A stretch of 64,000 bases of DNA from an uncultured Clostridia bacterium (GTDB lineage Bacteria > Bacillota > Clostridia > Christensenellales > UBA1242), in assembly GCA_934747255.1 (NCBI GenBank), contig CAKVGH010000002.1:73319-137318 (forward strand). Direction: 5' to 3'. Positions 45,091 to 54,530 of this stretch are shown here, piece by piece (positions within the stretch are counted from its first letter, which is position 1; each line of letters begins with the position of its first letter). Position numbers and translations under genes: made by a program. Below the pieces are notes generated by a model that worked only from the letters and a program-made list of their open reading frames with translations, was not told the DNA's origin and made no database searches.

Positions 45091-46520
45091 TTAACCTCTT
45101 TTAAGTTATCAAATAGGGCGTTAATTTCGTCACTAGAATAACTTCTTTGTTCAAAACTAGCAGGTTTAATATTTGCAATATCACTAACTACTATTTTTTG
45201 ACCCTTTGCCTTTTCAATAGTGTCAATATGATTTTTGTACCAATCGCTTAAAATTTTGTTGACATACGCTAGTGGGTGAGATTTATTTACAGCAAATGAG
45301 CAGGCATATTCAATAATATCGTTGGAAAAATTCCAAGTAAAAGTCCAAGTTCTGTAAAAATCTCTGTCCCAAGAGGAGACATTTCGATTTAGTCCCACAA
45401 GAGATAATATTTTTTTTATGTAGCCATCAGTTTGCAAAATCTCGCCAAAATATTGATTTATGCTCTCAACACCTGTTAAACCTAGCGAATAAAATTTTTC
45501 AACTGTGTCATTCATTCCTTCCAAAGTCTTTATATTTGTTTTGAAACAGAAATCAGCAATAAGTTTGAGTGAGTCTGCGTTGTAGCCCATATTTTGCCAT
45601 TTTACGATGTATGTTTCAATGACATTTTCTAGGTTTTCGTAGTAAACGCCAATTTGTTTCGTAACCATTTTTGCGGTGGAGAGTAGGTCTTGCTTTGATT
45701 GTTCGTATGTTTCAATCTCTTTTTCGCTTAATAGTTTTAATTCGTAATATTTTTCCAATTTGCGGTTTAATTGTTCAATAGAGCCTTTTTTCTTAAAACT
45801 CTTTGCAACAAACAAGATAACTTCTTTTTCAAAGCCCAAATCTTTTGTCCATCTAACGAACATTTGCTTATCTTCAAAATCGGCTTGTTTTTTACTGCCA
45901 AGCAATTTTAATATTTCGCTAACATCACTTGCGATTGCTTCGTGTTGCAGTAATTTTTCTTCAACATCTTTTGTGGTTTTAACATTTTCATAAGCCCAAT
46001 TTTTTGCAACTGTTAATATGTAAGAGTAGCCAACATTTTTGCCCTTAACATTAGTGCAATATTTGGCTATCATAATCAAAGCGTCTGGCTCGATATGAAA
46101 AGACTCGATTAGGGAATAGTACTCGGCATATTCGGTTGGAGTAATCATTCTGCCTTCAATAATTTCTTGAATTTGCTTATTAAAATTAGCATACTTTGTT
46201 TTGCTATACTTTTTGTCATTGCTTTTTGTTTTTACTGGCAAATATCTAACTTCAATAGGGTCAATGTTAAGCAATGTAACAAGACCTTGTTCTTGCCAAT
46301 ATAAAAAACACTCTTTGACATCTTCTTCGGTCAATCCAAGTTGTCTAGAAAAACTCTCCAAAGTATTGTTAAAGCCGTCATTTTGACAATTATAAAGTCC
46401 AAGCAAATACACTTTTACGCACACATCTGGTGCTAAAAGCATATAGTCAGTAACAAATTTGTTGTCTATTATAGTGCTGTTTTTTACTGCACTTTCGTTT
46501 GAAAATTTACAAAAAGCCAT
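45081..46520 (-). CDS. DnaD-domain replication initiation protein (Bacillus DnaB-like)
   Basis: Start moved to MAFCKF (46520; SD aggggaag). Repeated DnaD-like helical modules, size about that of B. subtilis DnaB. Paired with dnaI as in the dnaB-dnaI operon. Confidence 0.7.
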   Translation of the reverse strand: MAFCKFSNESAVKNSTIIDNKFVTDYMLLAPDVCVKVYLLGLYNCQNDGFNNTLESFSRQLGLTEEDVKECFLYWQEQGLVTLLNIDPIEVRYLPVKTKSNDKKYSKTKYANFNKQIQEIIEGRMITPTEYAEYYSLIESFHIEPDALIMIAKYCTNVKGKNVGYSYILTVAKNWAYENVKTTKDVEEKLLQHEAIASDVSEILKLLGSKKQADFEDKQMFVRWTKDLGFEKEVILFVAKSFKKKGSIEQLNRKLEKYYELKLLSEKEIETYEQSKQDLLSTAKMVTKQIGVYYENLENVIETYIVKWQNMGYNADSLKLIADFCFKTNIKTLEGMNDTVEKFYSLGLTGVESINQYFGEILQTDGYIKKILSLVGLNRNVSSWDRDFYRTWTFTWNFSNDIIEYACSFAVNKSHPLAYVNKILSDWYKNHIDTIEKAKGQKIVVSDIANIKPASFEQRSYSSDEINALFDNLKEVKWK

Positions 46521-46611
46521 TTCTTCCCCTAAAAAATAATACCACATTTAGTGATATTATAATAATATATTAAATTGCTTTTTTTTGCAAGATTTTTTGT
46601 CATCTTTGTTT

Positions 46612-47382
46612 TTACAAATTTTTACGCATATTTTCGATTGCGTTTTTTTCTAGTCTTGATACCTGTGCCTGACTAATTCCAACTTGCTCCGAAACTTCCA
46701 TTTGAGTCTTGCCCAGATAATATCTCATCATCAAAATTTGTTTTTCACGCTTGTTTAGTTTTTTCAACGCATCTTTTAAGGCAAAATCTTCTATCCATTC
46801 GTCTTGATTGTTTTTGCTATCGCCAATTTGGTCCATAACTCTAACGGTTTCTTGACCGTCACTATAAACGGGGTCAAACATACTACAAGGCTCGCTAATT
46901 GCATCAAGAGCATAGACGACATCTTTATATGGCAAATCTAAATCTTGGGCTATTTCTTCAATAGTTGGCTCGTCCAAACTTCCTTTGGAAAGTTTTTCTC
47001 TTGATTTAAGAATTTTGTATGCTGTATCTCTAATGCTTCGACTGACTCTTACACTCGAATTATCTCTCAAATATCTTCTTATTTCGCCTATAATCATTGG
47101 CACGGCATAGGTGGAAAATCTAACATTAAGACTAATATCAAAATTGTTTATAGCCTTAATTAGTCCCACACAACCCACTTGAAATATATCGTCAGGGTTT
47201 TCCTTTCTGCCTGCAAATCGTTGCACTATGGAAAGTACCAAACGCATATTTGCAAAAATAAAGTCTTGCCTTGCTTTTTCGTCACCAGACTTTACTTTTA
47301 TCATAAGTTCGTCCATCTCTTTGCCTTTCAATTTTGGTAGAGTAGATGTATTTATACCACAAATTACAACTTTGCTTGCCAT
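46612..47382 (-). CDS. sigG: sporulation sigma factor SigG
   Basis: Start moved to MASKVVICG (47382; SD ggag). ICGINTSTLPKLKGKEM, NMRLVLSIVQRF and DDIFQVGCVGLIKAINNFD closely parallel B. subtilis SigG. Follows sigE. Confidence 0.9.
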   Translation of the reverse strand: MASKVVICGINTSTLPKLKGKEMDELMIKVKSGDEKARQDFIFANMRLVLSIVQRFAGRKENPDDIFQVGCVGLIKAINNFDISLNVRFSTYAVPMIIGEIRRYLRDNSSVRVSRSIRDTAYKILKSREKLSKGSLDEPTIEEIAQDLDLPYKDVVYALDAISEPCSMFDPVYSDGQETVRVMDQIGDSKNNQDEWIEDFALKDALKKLNKREKQILMMRYYLGKTQMEVSEQVGISQAQVSRLEKNAIENMRKNL

Positions 47383-47455
47383 AAAAACTCCAAAAATCAA
47401 TTTGTTTTTATGGTTTCCAAACAAAATATTTTTATTCAATTAGTTTATAAATTGA

Positions 47456-48190
47456 CTAAAAACTTTTTTTCAATTCTTTTCCAAGTTTATTTATTATCTT
47501 TTTTTCAATTCTCGAAATATAACTTTGACTAATTCCCAGCATATCAGCGACTTCTTTTTGCGTTTTTTCTTCGGTATCATAAACAAGTCCAAACCTGAGT
47601 GAGATTATCTCTTTTTCCCGTGGATTAAGCCTTGATAAACACTTGTAAAGTAGTTGTTTTTCTGTTGTTTGTTCAAGATTTTTTGTAACGCTATCATTTT
47701 CCATACTGATTATATCTTGTAAAACGAGTTCGTTGCCGTCACTATCAGTATTTAGTGGTTCTTCCAAACTGATTTCGTTTTTCTGTTTGCTAGTTTTTCG
47801 TAAGTGCATTAAAATTTCATTTTCAATGCAACGACTGGCAAAAGTAGCAAGTTTTATGTTCTTTTCAACATTAAAATTATTAACAGCCTTAATTAAACCA
47901 ATAGAGCCAACACTGATTAGGTCTTCAAGGTCAAGCCCCGTATTTTCAAATTTTTTGGCTATGTATACAACCAGCCTTAAATTGTGCTCAATAAGTTCGT
48001 TTTTAGCGATTTCATTGCCTTTTTCGGCTTCTAAAATAAGGTCTAATTCGGTTTCACTGTCGAGTGGCGAAGGCAATGCTTCGTTTCCACACAAAAACAA
48101 AACTATGTTAGAATATGCGTTAAAATATTCGCCTGATAAAAATTTTTTTAATGCAAGCATTAGTTTTGATTTTAACAATTTCAATTTCAT
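47456..48190 (-). CDS. sigE: sporulation sigma factor SigE (pro-sigma-E with N-terminal pro-sequence)
   Basis: Pro-sequence [18 protein letters not shown]..., then [22 protein letters not shown] and [16 protein letters not shown]. Downstream of spoIIGA. Confidence 0.9.
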   Translation of the reverse strand: MKLKLLKSKLMLALKKFLSGEYFNAYSNIVLFLCGNEALPSPLDSETELDLILEAEKGNEIAKNELIEHNLRLVVYIAKKFENTGLDLEDLISVGSIGLIKAVNNFNVEKNIKLATFASRCIENEILMHLRKTSKQKNEISLEEPLNTDSDGNELVLQDIISMENDSVTKNLEQTTEKQLLYKCLSRLNPREKEIISLRFGLVYDTEEKTQKEVADMLGISQSYISRIEKKIINKLGKELKKSF

Positions 48191-48339
48191 AAAAACTCCT
48201 TTTTACTTTTTAATCTTACATTTTTAATCAAGTACCTTTTTGTGCTTTAAGTGATAAATTTTAGTAATAAATTTTTGCAAAGTCTTAATTCAATGACTAT
48301 TTTTCATAATGTCTTTCTGTTTGATGAAATACTACAACT

Positions 48340-49179
48340 TTAATCGAATAATAGGGGATTTAATATGCAGTCGGTTGATAGATTAGACTTGAAGTTTGAT
48401 AACGACAAGCCAATTAGTGCATTATTAAAACTCTTATTTTCAACTAATATATTATCTATTTCAAACACTAAAATTTTAGAACTTTTAGAAATAGATTTTA
48501 CTTCTTGTTCGTGCAAGTTTTTTAATGGTAAATTTTCATATTTTTTTAACAAAATATCACTTAATTTTATATTGGGACATAGTTTCAATAACACTTCAAA
48601 ATCTATTAGAGTTATGGGGTTTGCGGTCACACTATCAACAAGCCTATTTCCTGTATCCAAAAATGCTTTGCAATCAACTTTTTTATCTAAAAATACAAGC
48701 GAAATATCGTAAATATATTTTGATAAATGCTTTATATTGTAAAAATATTTGATTAGGTTTTTAACAAAAAAATAACAAAGAGAGCAAATGAGCAAGGCTA
48801 GTCCAACGGGAAAATTGTATATTTCGATAGCACCATTGTTTGTAACATATTTAATTCCAAAAAAACTGCAAAACATTATACACGCTCCGCCCATAATTGC
48901 GGTCGATAGCAAAAACGACAAAAGCACTAATATGTATTTTTTTGTATTCCATTTTTTTAGCAAAATTAGTGGCATTATTATCGCACAAAGTATTTTTATG
49001 ATAATCAAATACATTCCACTAACGAGTGGCGAAATCAAACTGACAGCAGTTCCAAAAAATGCGTCCAAAACTACAATCCACTTGTTAGTTTCTAGTTTGC
49101 AAAGTTTTTTTGTAATCGACAAAATAAATAAATCAATTAACATATTGTCGATAAAAACATACTCAACATACACTTGCAT
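48340..49179 (-). CDS. spoIIGA: sigma-E processing peptidase SpoIIGA
   Basis: Five N-terminal TM helices and a C-terminal aspartic protease motif FLDTGNRLVD. Confidence 0.85.
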   Translation of the reverse strand: MQVYVEYVFIDNMLIDLFILSITKKLCKLETNKWIVVLDAFFGTAVSLISPLVSGMYLIIIKILCAIIMPLILLKKWNTKKYILVLLSFLLSTAIMGGACIMFCSFFGIKYVTNNGAIEIYNFPVGLALLICSLCYFFVKNLIKYFYNIKHLSKYIYDISLVFLDKKVDCKAFLDTGNRLVDSVTANPITLIDFEVLLKLCPNIKLSDILLKKYENLPLKNLHEQEVKSISKSSKILVFEIDNILVENKSFNNALIGLSLSNFKSNLSTDCILNPLLFD

Positions 49180-49248
49180 AGATACATTTTATCAAACTTT
49201 TAATTATCACTCATTAAAGATTTCTGGCAAAGATAATCAATTAAAAGG

Positions 49249-49578
49249 TTATTTTGTCGGTTGTGCGGGTATTTCATCGTCTTGGACATTAGCAGTTGTC
49301 GTGTAGGTAGTTTGTTTTAGCACATTTATTCTGCCAGTTTGCGAGTAAAGTTCCACCAAAATGCAGTCATAACCTATCTTACAAATATTGGAGTAGGGTA
49401 TAAAAACATCGTCAACACTCCTAAAAATATTCCAACCGCTTTTTGAGCCGGGAACAACAAGCCCCAAAATTTTACCGCACTGCGTTTCAAAAACAATATC
49501 AATTATGTGACCAAGTCTTTTTCCGTCAACAACATTTATAACTTCCTTTGATTTTAGTTCACAAAAACTCGTTTCCAT
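49249..49578 (-). CDS. YlmC/YmxH family sporulation protein (PRC-barrel)
   Basis: LKSKEVINVVDGKRLGHIIDIVFE...GKILGLVVPG is the YlmC/YmxH signature. Confidence 0.75.
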   Translation of the reverse strand: METSFCELKSKEVINVVDGKRLGHIIDIVFETQCGKILGLVVPGSKSGWNIFRSVDDVFIPYSNICKIGYDCILVELYSQTGRINVLKQTTYTTTANVQDDEIPAQPTK

Positions 49579-49713
49579 ACAATCTCCACATTATTCTTTT
49601 TATATTGTATGAAAAATTTGTCACAAAAAAGACATTTTTAGCAAAATTTAACTTGATAACTACCTGTGTCATTTTTGCAGACTTGTCCAAATATAATACT
49701 TTAAGGAGCAACT

Positions 49714-49947
49714 ATGGACACTCAATCTTTAACCGAATTAAAACAAAATCAAACGGGAGTTATCGACTATGTTTTTGGTAATACCCACTTAAAACGAAGA
49801 TTATTAGAATTAGGCTTTACAAAGGGTTCAAAAGTGCGAATTTTGAATGTTTCGCCACTAAAAAACTCTTATTTATTAGAACTCCACGGCTATGTTATCG
49901 CACTTAGGCAAAACGCAGTAAAAAACATTCAAGTTGTGGTGGAATAG
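49714..49947 (+). CDS. feoA: ferrous iron transport protein FeoA
   Basis: 77 aa. LTELKQNQTGVIDYV...RLLELGFTKGSKVRI is an SH3-like FeoA domain. SD aaggag upstream. Confidence 0.85.
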   Translation: MDTQSLTELKQNQTGVIDYVFGNTHLKRRLLELGFTKGSKVRILNVSPLKNSYLLELHGYVIALRQNAVKNIQVVVE

Positions 49948-49951
49948 TTGT

Positions 49952-52450
49952 ATGAAAAAACAAAAAAATAGCAAAAAAATGGAGCAAAACTCACAAAAAA
50001 GTACTCCTAAAATAATTTTAGATTTTGACAAAAATATTGTGCTAGTTGGTAATCCAAATACTGGAAAGACAACTTTTTTTAATGCCATAACCGCATCAAA
50101 TGAACATATTGGCAACTGGCACGGCGTAACGGTCGATTTTAAGGAAAAAGTAATCAACCATAATGGTGAAAGAGTAAAGGTCACCGATTTGCCCGGCATT
50201 TACTCACTTTGCTCATACTCGTTTGAAGAACAGGTTGCAAGAGATTATATATATAGTAGCCATGCACAAGTTATTGATGTTTGTGATGCTAATAATTTGG
50301 CAAGAAACCTGTATTTAACTTTGCAATTAAAAGAACTTGGATTATCGCCAATAGTTTGCATAAATATGGCGAACGAACTAAAAAAACAAGGCAAACAAAT
50401 AGATGAAAAAAAACTAGCAAAAATGCTAGGGCTTGATGTTTTTTTGATAAATGCACAATCCAAAAAACAATCAAAACAATTACTTGATTTTGCTCTAAAA
50501 AAGAGTCCACTTACAAATGTTTCTATGAAAAATAATATTGTTTCTTCGTGCAATATTAACGAATACTTTTCAAAAAAAAGTCGGGCAAGCGAAAATAGGG
50601 ACAAAACCACTAATACTGAAAATATTTCAAACCAAATTTTGATACAAAACTTGCAATCGCCACCAAATGATTTAACTAGCAAATCAAAAAGTGAATATGC
50701 AAAAAAGCATAAAAATATTTTTAGCAAAATCTTTTCAAAAAACAAGCAAAAAAAACAAAATATAAAAGTTGACTGCTGTGGAGAGAATACTCTTGCTAGT
50801 ACCGATATTTATGCTGAATGTTTTAGTCAAATAGACTTTGAAAAAATATCTAATATTTTAGGCGATAATCTAACAAAAATCAACTTACCAAAAAGATTTG
50901 TCATCTTAAAACTACTTGAAAAAGACGAATTTATAGAACAACAATTATCTTTGTCAAACGAGCAAAAAAGTTTGTTAAAACCATATCTTGAAAGGTTTGA
51001 CGAATCTTATATAGCCAGTCAAAGATATAATTTTATTGACAAAATTATTAGCACTTGTCAAACGGAAAGCAAAAAAAATGTGTATGGGTTTTCCAAACTT
51101 GATAAAATCGTTCTTAATAAGTACCTTGCTTTGCCTATATTTTTGGGTATTGTGGCGTTAATATTTTTTCTTACTTTTTCTAGTGTAGGAAAGTTTTTAA
51201 CCGACAAATTAAACTATTTTGTTGAACGTTTTTTAGCACAGCCGTGCATAGAATTTGTCACATCTCATACAACTAATCAATTTTTAATATCGTTTGTAAA
51301 AGATGCAATTTTTGGTGGAGTGTGTAGTTTGCTGTCATTCTTGCCACAAATTGCCTTACTGTTTTTACTATTATCAATATTGGAAGATAGTGGCTATCTT
51401 TCAAGGCTAGCATTCACTTTGGAAGACTATTTTTCACTCATAGGCTTATCAGGAAAAAGTGTTTTTACTCTTTTAATGGGCTTTGGCTGTTCAACAACTA
51501 GCACGATGACCGCTAGAACACTGGAAGACAAAAATAGCAAGATAAAAACAGCGATGTTGTCGCCATATTTATCGTGTAGTGCAAAAATTCCACTATATAC
51601 TGTTATTTGCACAGCATTTTTTGTAAAACAAAAATTTTTGATTATTTTTTCGCTTTATCTTTTAAGCGTACTCGTAGCAATACTTGTTAGTTTTATTTTG
51701 CAAAAGACTATCTTAAAGAGTGGTGAAACAAGTTTTATTATGGAACTACCGCCATACAGATTTCCAAAGATTAACAGAATATCAAATGTGTTATGTTCTA
51801 ATATAAAATCGTTTGTATTAAGAGTTGGGTCTTTGATTGTTAGTTTTTCGATTATTATTTGGATTTTGGAAAGCTGTGATTTTTCATTTAGACTTAACCC
51901 AGAAAACAGCATTTTAAGACAAATTGGCTTGTTTTTAGCACCAATATTTAGCCCGCTTGGTTTTGGCTCGTGGGGAGCAGTTGCCTGCCTAATCTGTGGT
52001 ATTGTGGCAAAGGAAATCATTGTCGGTACAATGGGAATTATCAACAATGTTGGTGCAGACTCATCAAGCAATGCGATTAGTCAAAGTTTGCTTCTTTCAA
52101 CTTCCAGTCTTGCCTTAAATCCTTGCTCGGCACTTTCATTTTTAGTATTTTCACTTTTATATATGCCTTGCATTTCCACGATTGGTGTAATGAAAAAAGA
52201 AATCGGCTCAAAGTGGACGCTAATAGCCATAATAATTCAACTATCTATTGCATATATTTTAAGTTTTGCTGTGTATAGAATTTCGCTTTGCTTTACCATA
52301 AATGGCTTTGTTTCGGGACTGATTTCGCTGGCAACCTTTGTTTTAATTGTTGTTGCATTGATTGTGCTATTAAAATTCATAAAATCTAAAAACAAATGCA
52401 AGTTTTGTCCTAATAAAACTAGATGTGGTGACTGCAAAAATAAAATTTAG
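49952..52450 (+). CDS. feoB: ferrous iron transporter FeoB (with inserted low-complexity linker and Cys-rich tail)
   Basis: G domain VGNPNTGKTTFFN, DLPGIYSL and NMANE. Membrane gate motifs are present. Start chosen at the ATG at 49952 (ggtgga upstream); 49934 and 49979 are also possible. Confidence 0.9.
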   Translation: MKKQKNSKKMEQNSQKSTPKIILDFDKNIVLVGNPNTGKTTFFNAITASNEHIGNWHGVTVDFKEKVINHNGERVKVTDLPGIYSLCSYSFEEQVARDYIYSSHAQVIDVCDANNLARNLYLTLQLKELGLSPIVCINMANELKKQGKQIDEKKLAKMLGLDVFLINAQSKKQSKQLLDFALKKSPLTNVSMKNNIVSSCNINEYFSKKSRASENRDKTTNTENISNQILIQNLQSPPNDLTSKSKSEYAKKHKNIFSKIFSKNKQKKQNIKVDCCGENTLASTDIYAECFSQIDFEKISNILGDNLTKINLPKRFVILKLLEKDEFIEQQLSLSNEQKSLLKPYLERFDESYIASQRYNFIDKIISTCQTESKKNVYGFSKLDKIVLNKYLALPIFLGIVALIFFLTFSSVGKFLTDKLNYFVERFLAQPCIEFVTSHTTNQFLISFVKDAIFGGVCSLLSFLPQIALLFLLLSILEDSGYLSRLAFTLEDYFSLIGLSGKSVFTLLMGFGCSTTSTMTARTLEDKNSKIKTAMLSPYLSCSAKIPLYTVICTAFFVKQKFLIIFSLYLLSVLVAILVSFILQKTILKSGETSFIMELPPYRFPKINRISNVLCSNIKSFVLRVGSLIVSFSIIIWILESCDFSFRLNPENSILRQIGLFLAPIFSPLGFGSWGAVACLICGIVAKEIIVGTMGIINNVGADSSSNAISQSLLLSTSSLALNPCSALSFLVFSLLYMPCISTIGVMKKEIGSKWTLIAIIIQLSIAYILSFAVYRISLCFTINGFVSGLISLATFVLIVVALIVLLKFIKSKNKCKFCPNKTRCGDCKNKI

Positions 52451-52508
52451 TACAATTATAAAATGGGTAAATCTATTAAAAAACGATTAAAGACATATAA
52501 TTATTGTT

Positions 52509-52526
52509 AGCCTATAACTTTATCAT
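52509..52526 (+). repeat. direct repeat copy 1 (TAGCCTATAACTTTATCA)
   Basis: 18-mer, repeated 32 nt downstream with one mismatch. Confidence 0.85.
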
Positions 52527-52540
52527 AAAAAATTTTTATT

Positions 52541-52558
52541 AGTCTATAACTTTATCAA
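52541..52558 (+). repeat. direct repeat copy 2 (TAGTCTATAACTTTATCA)
   Basis: 17/18 identity to 52509-52526. Confidence 0.85.
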
Positions 52559-52719
52559 ATAATACATTTTAATAAATTAACACTTTATTTTGCAGAGTGT
52601 AAATTTTAGAAATTTATTAAATCAAAAAAATGAGTTTGACCGATTGCCAATTAGTAATTGCAAAAACTCTTTTTTTATGATATTATTTTGGGTAGATAAA
52701 TATTAAAGGAAAAACAGAT

Positions 52720-54045
52720 ATGAAAAAACCATTAGTTGCCTTGGTTGGTAGACCAAATGTTGGCAAAAGTACACTTTTTAATAAAATAGTGGGCAAACGA
52801 ATTAGTATTGTAAAAGACGAACCGGGCGTTACAAGAGATAGAATATATGCTAGTGCTGAATGGCTAAACTACAAGTTTAATATCGTTGATACTGGCGGTT
52901 TGGACCTTAAAAATACCAGCGAAGTTCAAAAAAATATTATGGCACAAGCAAATGTGGCAATAGAACTAGCAGATGTCATTGTTTTAGTTGTAGACGGAAA
53001 AGAAGGAATTACAGCAAGCGACAAGGAAATTGCTGATTTTTTGCGTAAAAGCAAAAAGCCTATTGTTTTATGCGTAAACAAACTTGACAACAACGAAGTC
53101 GAAAATAGTTACGAGTTTTACGAACTTTCTCTTGGCGAACCATTTGTTGTTTCTGCATCAAACAGACTTGGCTTTGGCGAATTGCTAGATGAAGTTTGTT
53201 CAAACTTTCCAAAAGGCGAAGTGGAAGATGACGAAAAAGAAGCAATCAAAATTGCAATCGTAGGCAAGCCAAATGTTGGTAAAAGCAGTATTGTAAACAG
53301 ACTTCTTGGCGAAGACAGAGTTGTTGTTAGTAACATTGCAGGAACAACTCGTGACGCCATTGACACACCTTTTTCGTATGATGGAAAAGATTATATTTTA
53401 ATCGACACTGCGGGCATTAGACGAAAAAGAGCGGTGGAGTTTATGAGTGTGGAAGATTATAGCGTAATTCGTTCTATGGAAGCCATCGAAAGAGCCGATG
53501 TTGTAATGATTGTGTTTGATGCTAGTGAGCCACTCAGTGAACAAGATGTTAGAATTGCAGGAATGGTACACGGAGCCCAAAAACCAAGTGTTGTTGTTAT
53601 CAACAAATGGGATAGTATTGAAAAAAATCAGCAAACCACACTTATTTATGAGCAAAAATTAAAAGAAGACCTTGCATTTATGGATTATTACTTGTCTTGC
53701 TATGTTTCGGCAAAGTCTGGTCAAAGAATTACAAAACTTATGTCAAATGTCGTAAAGGCATACGAAAACGCAAATCGCCATGTGTCAACAAGCATTATTA
53801 ACGAAATTTTACAAGATGCTATTAGAATGACGCAACCACCTTCCAAAAATGGCAAAAGGCTAAAATTTTTCTTTGCAAGTGAACCTAGTGTTGTTCCACC
53901 AACTTTTGTATTTATGTGCAACGATGCAAAGATAGTACATTTTTCTTATCAACGATACCTTGAAAACTGCCTTCGTAAAGCCATAGATTTTAGCGGTACA
54001 CCAATAAAACTAATTTTTAGAAGTAGGGGCGATGACAAGCAATAA
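52720..54045 (+). CDS. der: ribosome biogenesis GTPase Der (EngA)
   Basis: Two tandem G domains (GRPNVGKSTLFN; GKPNVGKSSIVN) plus a KH-like C-terminus. Confidence 0.95.
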   Translation: MKKPLVALVGRPNVGKSTLFNKIVGKRISIVKDEPGVTRDRIYASAEWLNYKFNIVDTGGLDLKNTSEVQKNIMAQANVAIELADVIVLVVDGKEGITASDKEIADFLRKSKKPIVLCVNKLDNNEVENSYEFYELSLGEPFVVSASNRLGFGELLDEVCSNFPKGEVEDDEKEAIKIAIVGKPNVGKSSIVNRLLGEDRVVVSNIAGTTRDAIDTPFSYDGKDYILIDTAGIRRKRAVEFMSVEDYSVIRSMEAIERADVVMIVFDASEPLSEQDVRIAGMVHGAQKPSVVVINKWDSIEKNQQTTLIYEQKLKEDLAFMDYYLSCYVSAKSGQRITKLMSNVVKAYENANRHVSTSIINEILQDAIRMTQPPSKNGKRLKFFFASEPSVVPPTFVFMCNDAKIVHFSYQRYLENCLRKAIDFSGTPIKLIFRSRGDDKQ

Positions 54046-54082
54046 TCGGTTAAAAATGTTAAATAACTAAAACATATTGAAC

Positions 54083-54128
54083 AAAACATTATCTAAATGA
54101 GTTAATATTCAAACAGATAATGTTTTTT
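54083..54128 (+). terminator. intrinsic terminator after der
   Basis: Perfect 12-bp stem aaaacattatct (54083-54094) / agataatgtttt (54115-54126), T-run. Confidence 0.8.
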
Positions 54129-54426
54129 ATTGCAAAAATGCCTGTTAATTTTCATTTTATTGATTTTTTATCTTTGTTATTACAGTTATTAAATTAAACG
54201 ATAAATATTATGCTAACCCTTATAAAAAGTCCTTATAACAGTTTTATTTGTTTTTCATATTTTATCTATCAAAAACAAAAATTATCGCCATTATTTTGTA
54301 TTGATTAAGTATTAAAATGAAAAGAAAAAACCAATATTCATTTTGATGCAAAATCGTGCATAAATATTCATAATAATGTGAAAATATGCAAGATTTTTGT
54401 ATTTTATGGAAGAAAATTTTGCAATA

Positions 54427-54462
54427 TTTGTCGATTGATAAAAAAGGAAGATAATCGACAAA
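54427..54462. repeat. 10-bp inverted repeat just upstream of the minD promoter
   Basis: tttgtcgatt (54427-54436) / aatcgacaaa (54453-54462). Each arm carries TGTCGAT. TTGACT is at 54466-54471. Confidence 0.8.
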
Positions 54463-54530
54463 AATTTGACTTTACTTTTTTGAAAAAACTATATAGAATG
54501 TGTTTTGAAATATTTTTTAGGAGCAAAAAT

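Noticed and set aside
44146-46520. The DnaD-domain and DnaC/DnaI-like ATPase pair, considered as a prophage or plasmid replication module.
   Set aside because: The size, Zn-finger N-terminus of the loader and operon structure match the chromosomal dnaB-dnaI pair of Firmicutes. No other phage genes flank it. This cannot be fully excluded without a genome-wide check for a second copy.
54378-54530. 51-codon N-terminal extension of minD in the ORF track. Similar track extensions exist for ftsZ (39771), murA (36330), rpsP (17923), secF (5698), the spoIVFB-like gene (55865), sigG (47439) and the RumA-type gene (61303).
   Set aside because: In each case the conserved family N-terminus begins at an internal Met preceded by a GGAG-type SD. 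The extensions are AT-rich read-through of promoter or leader sequence.
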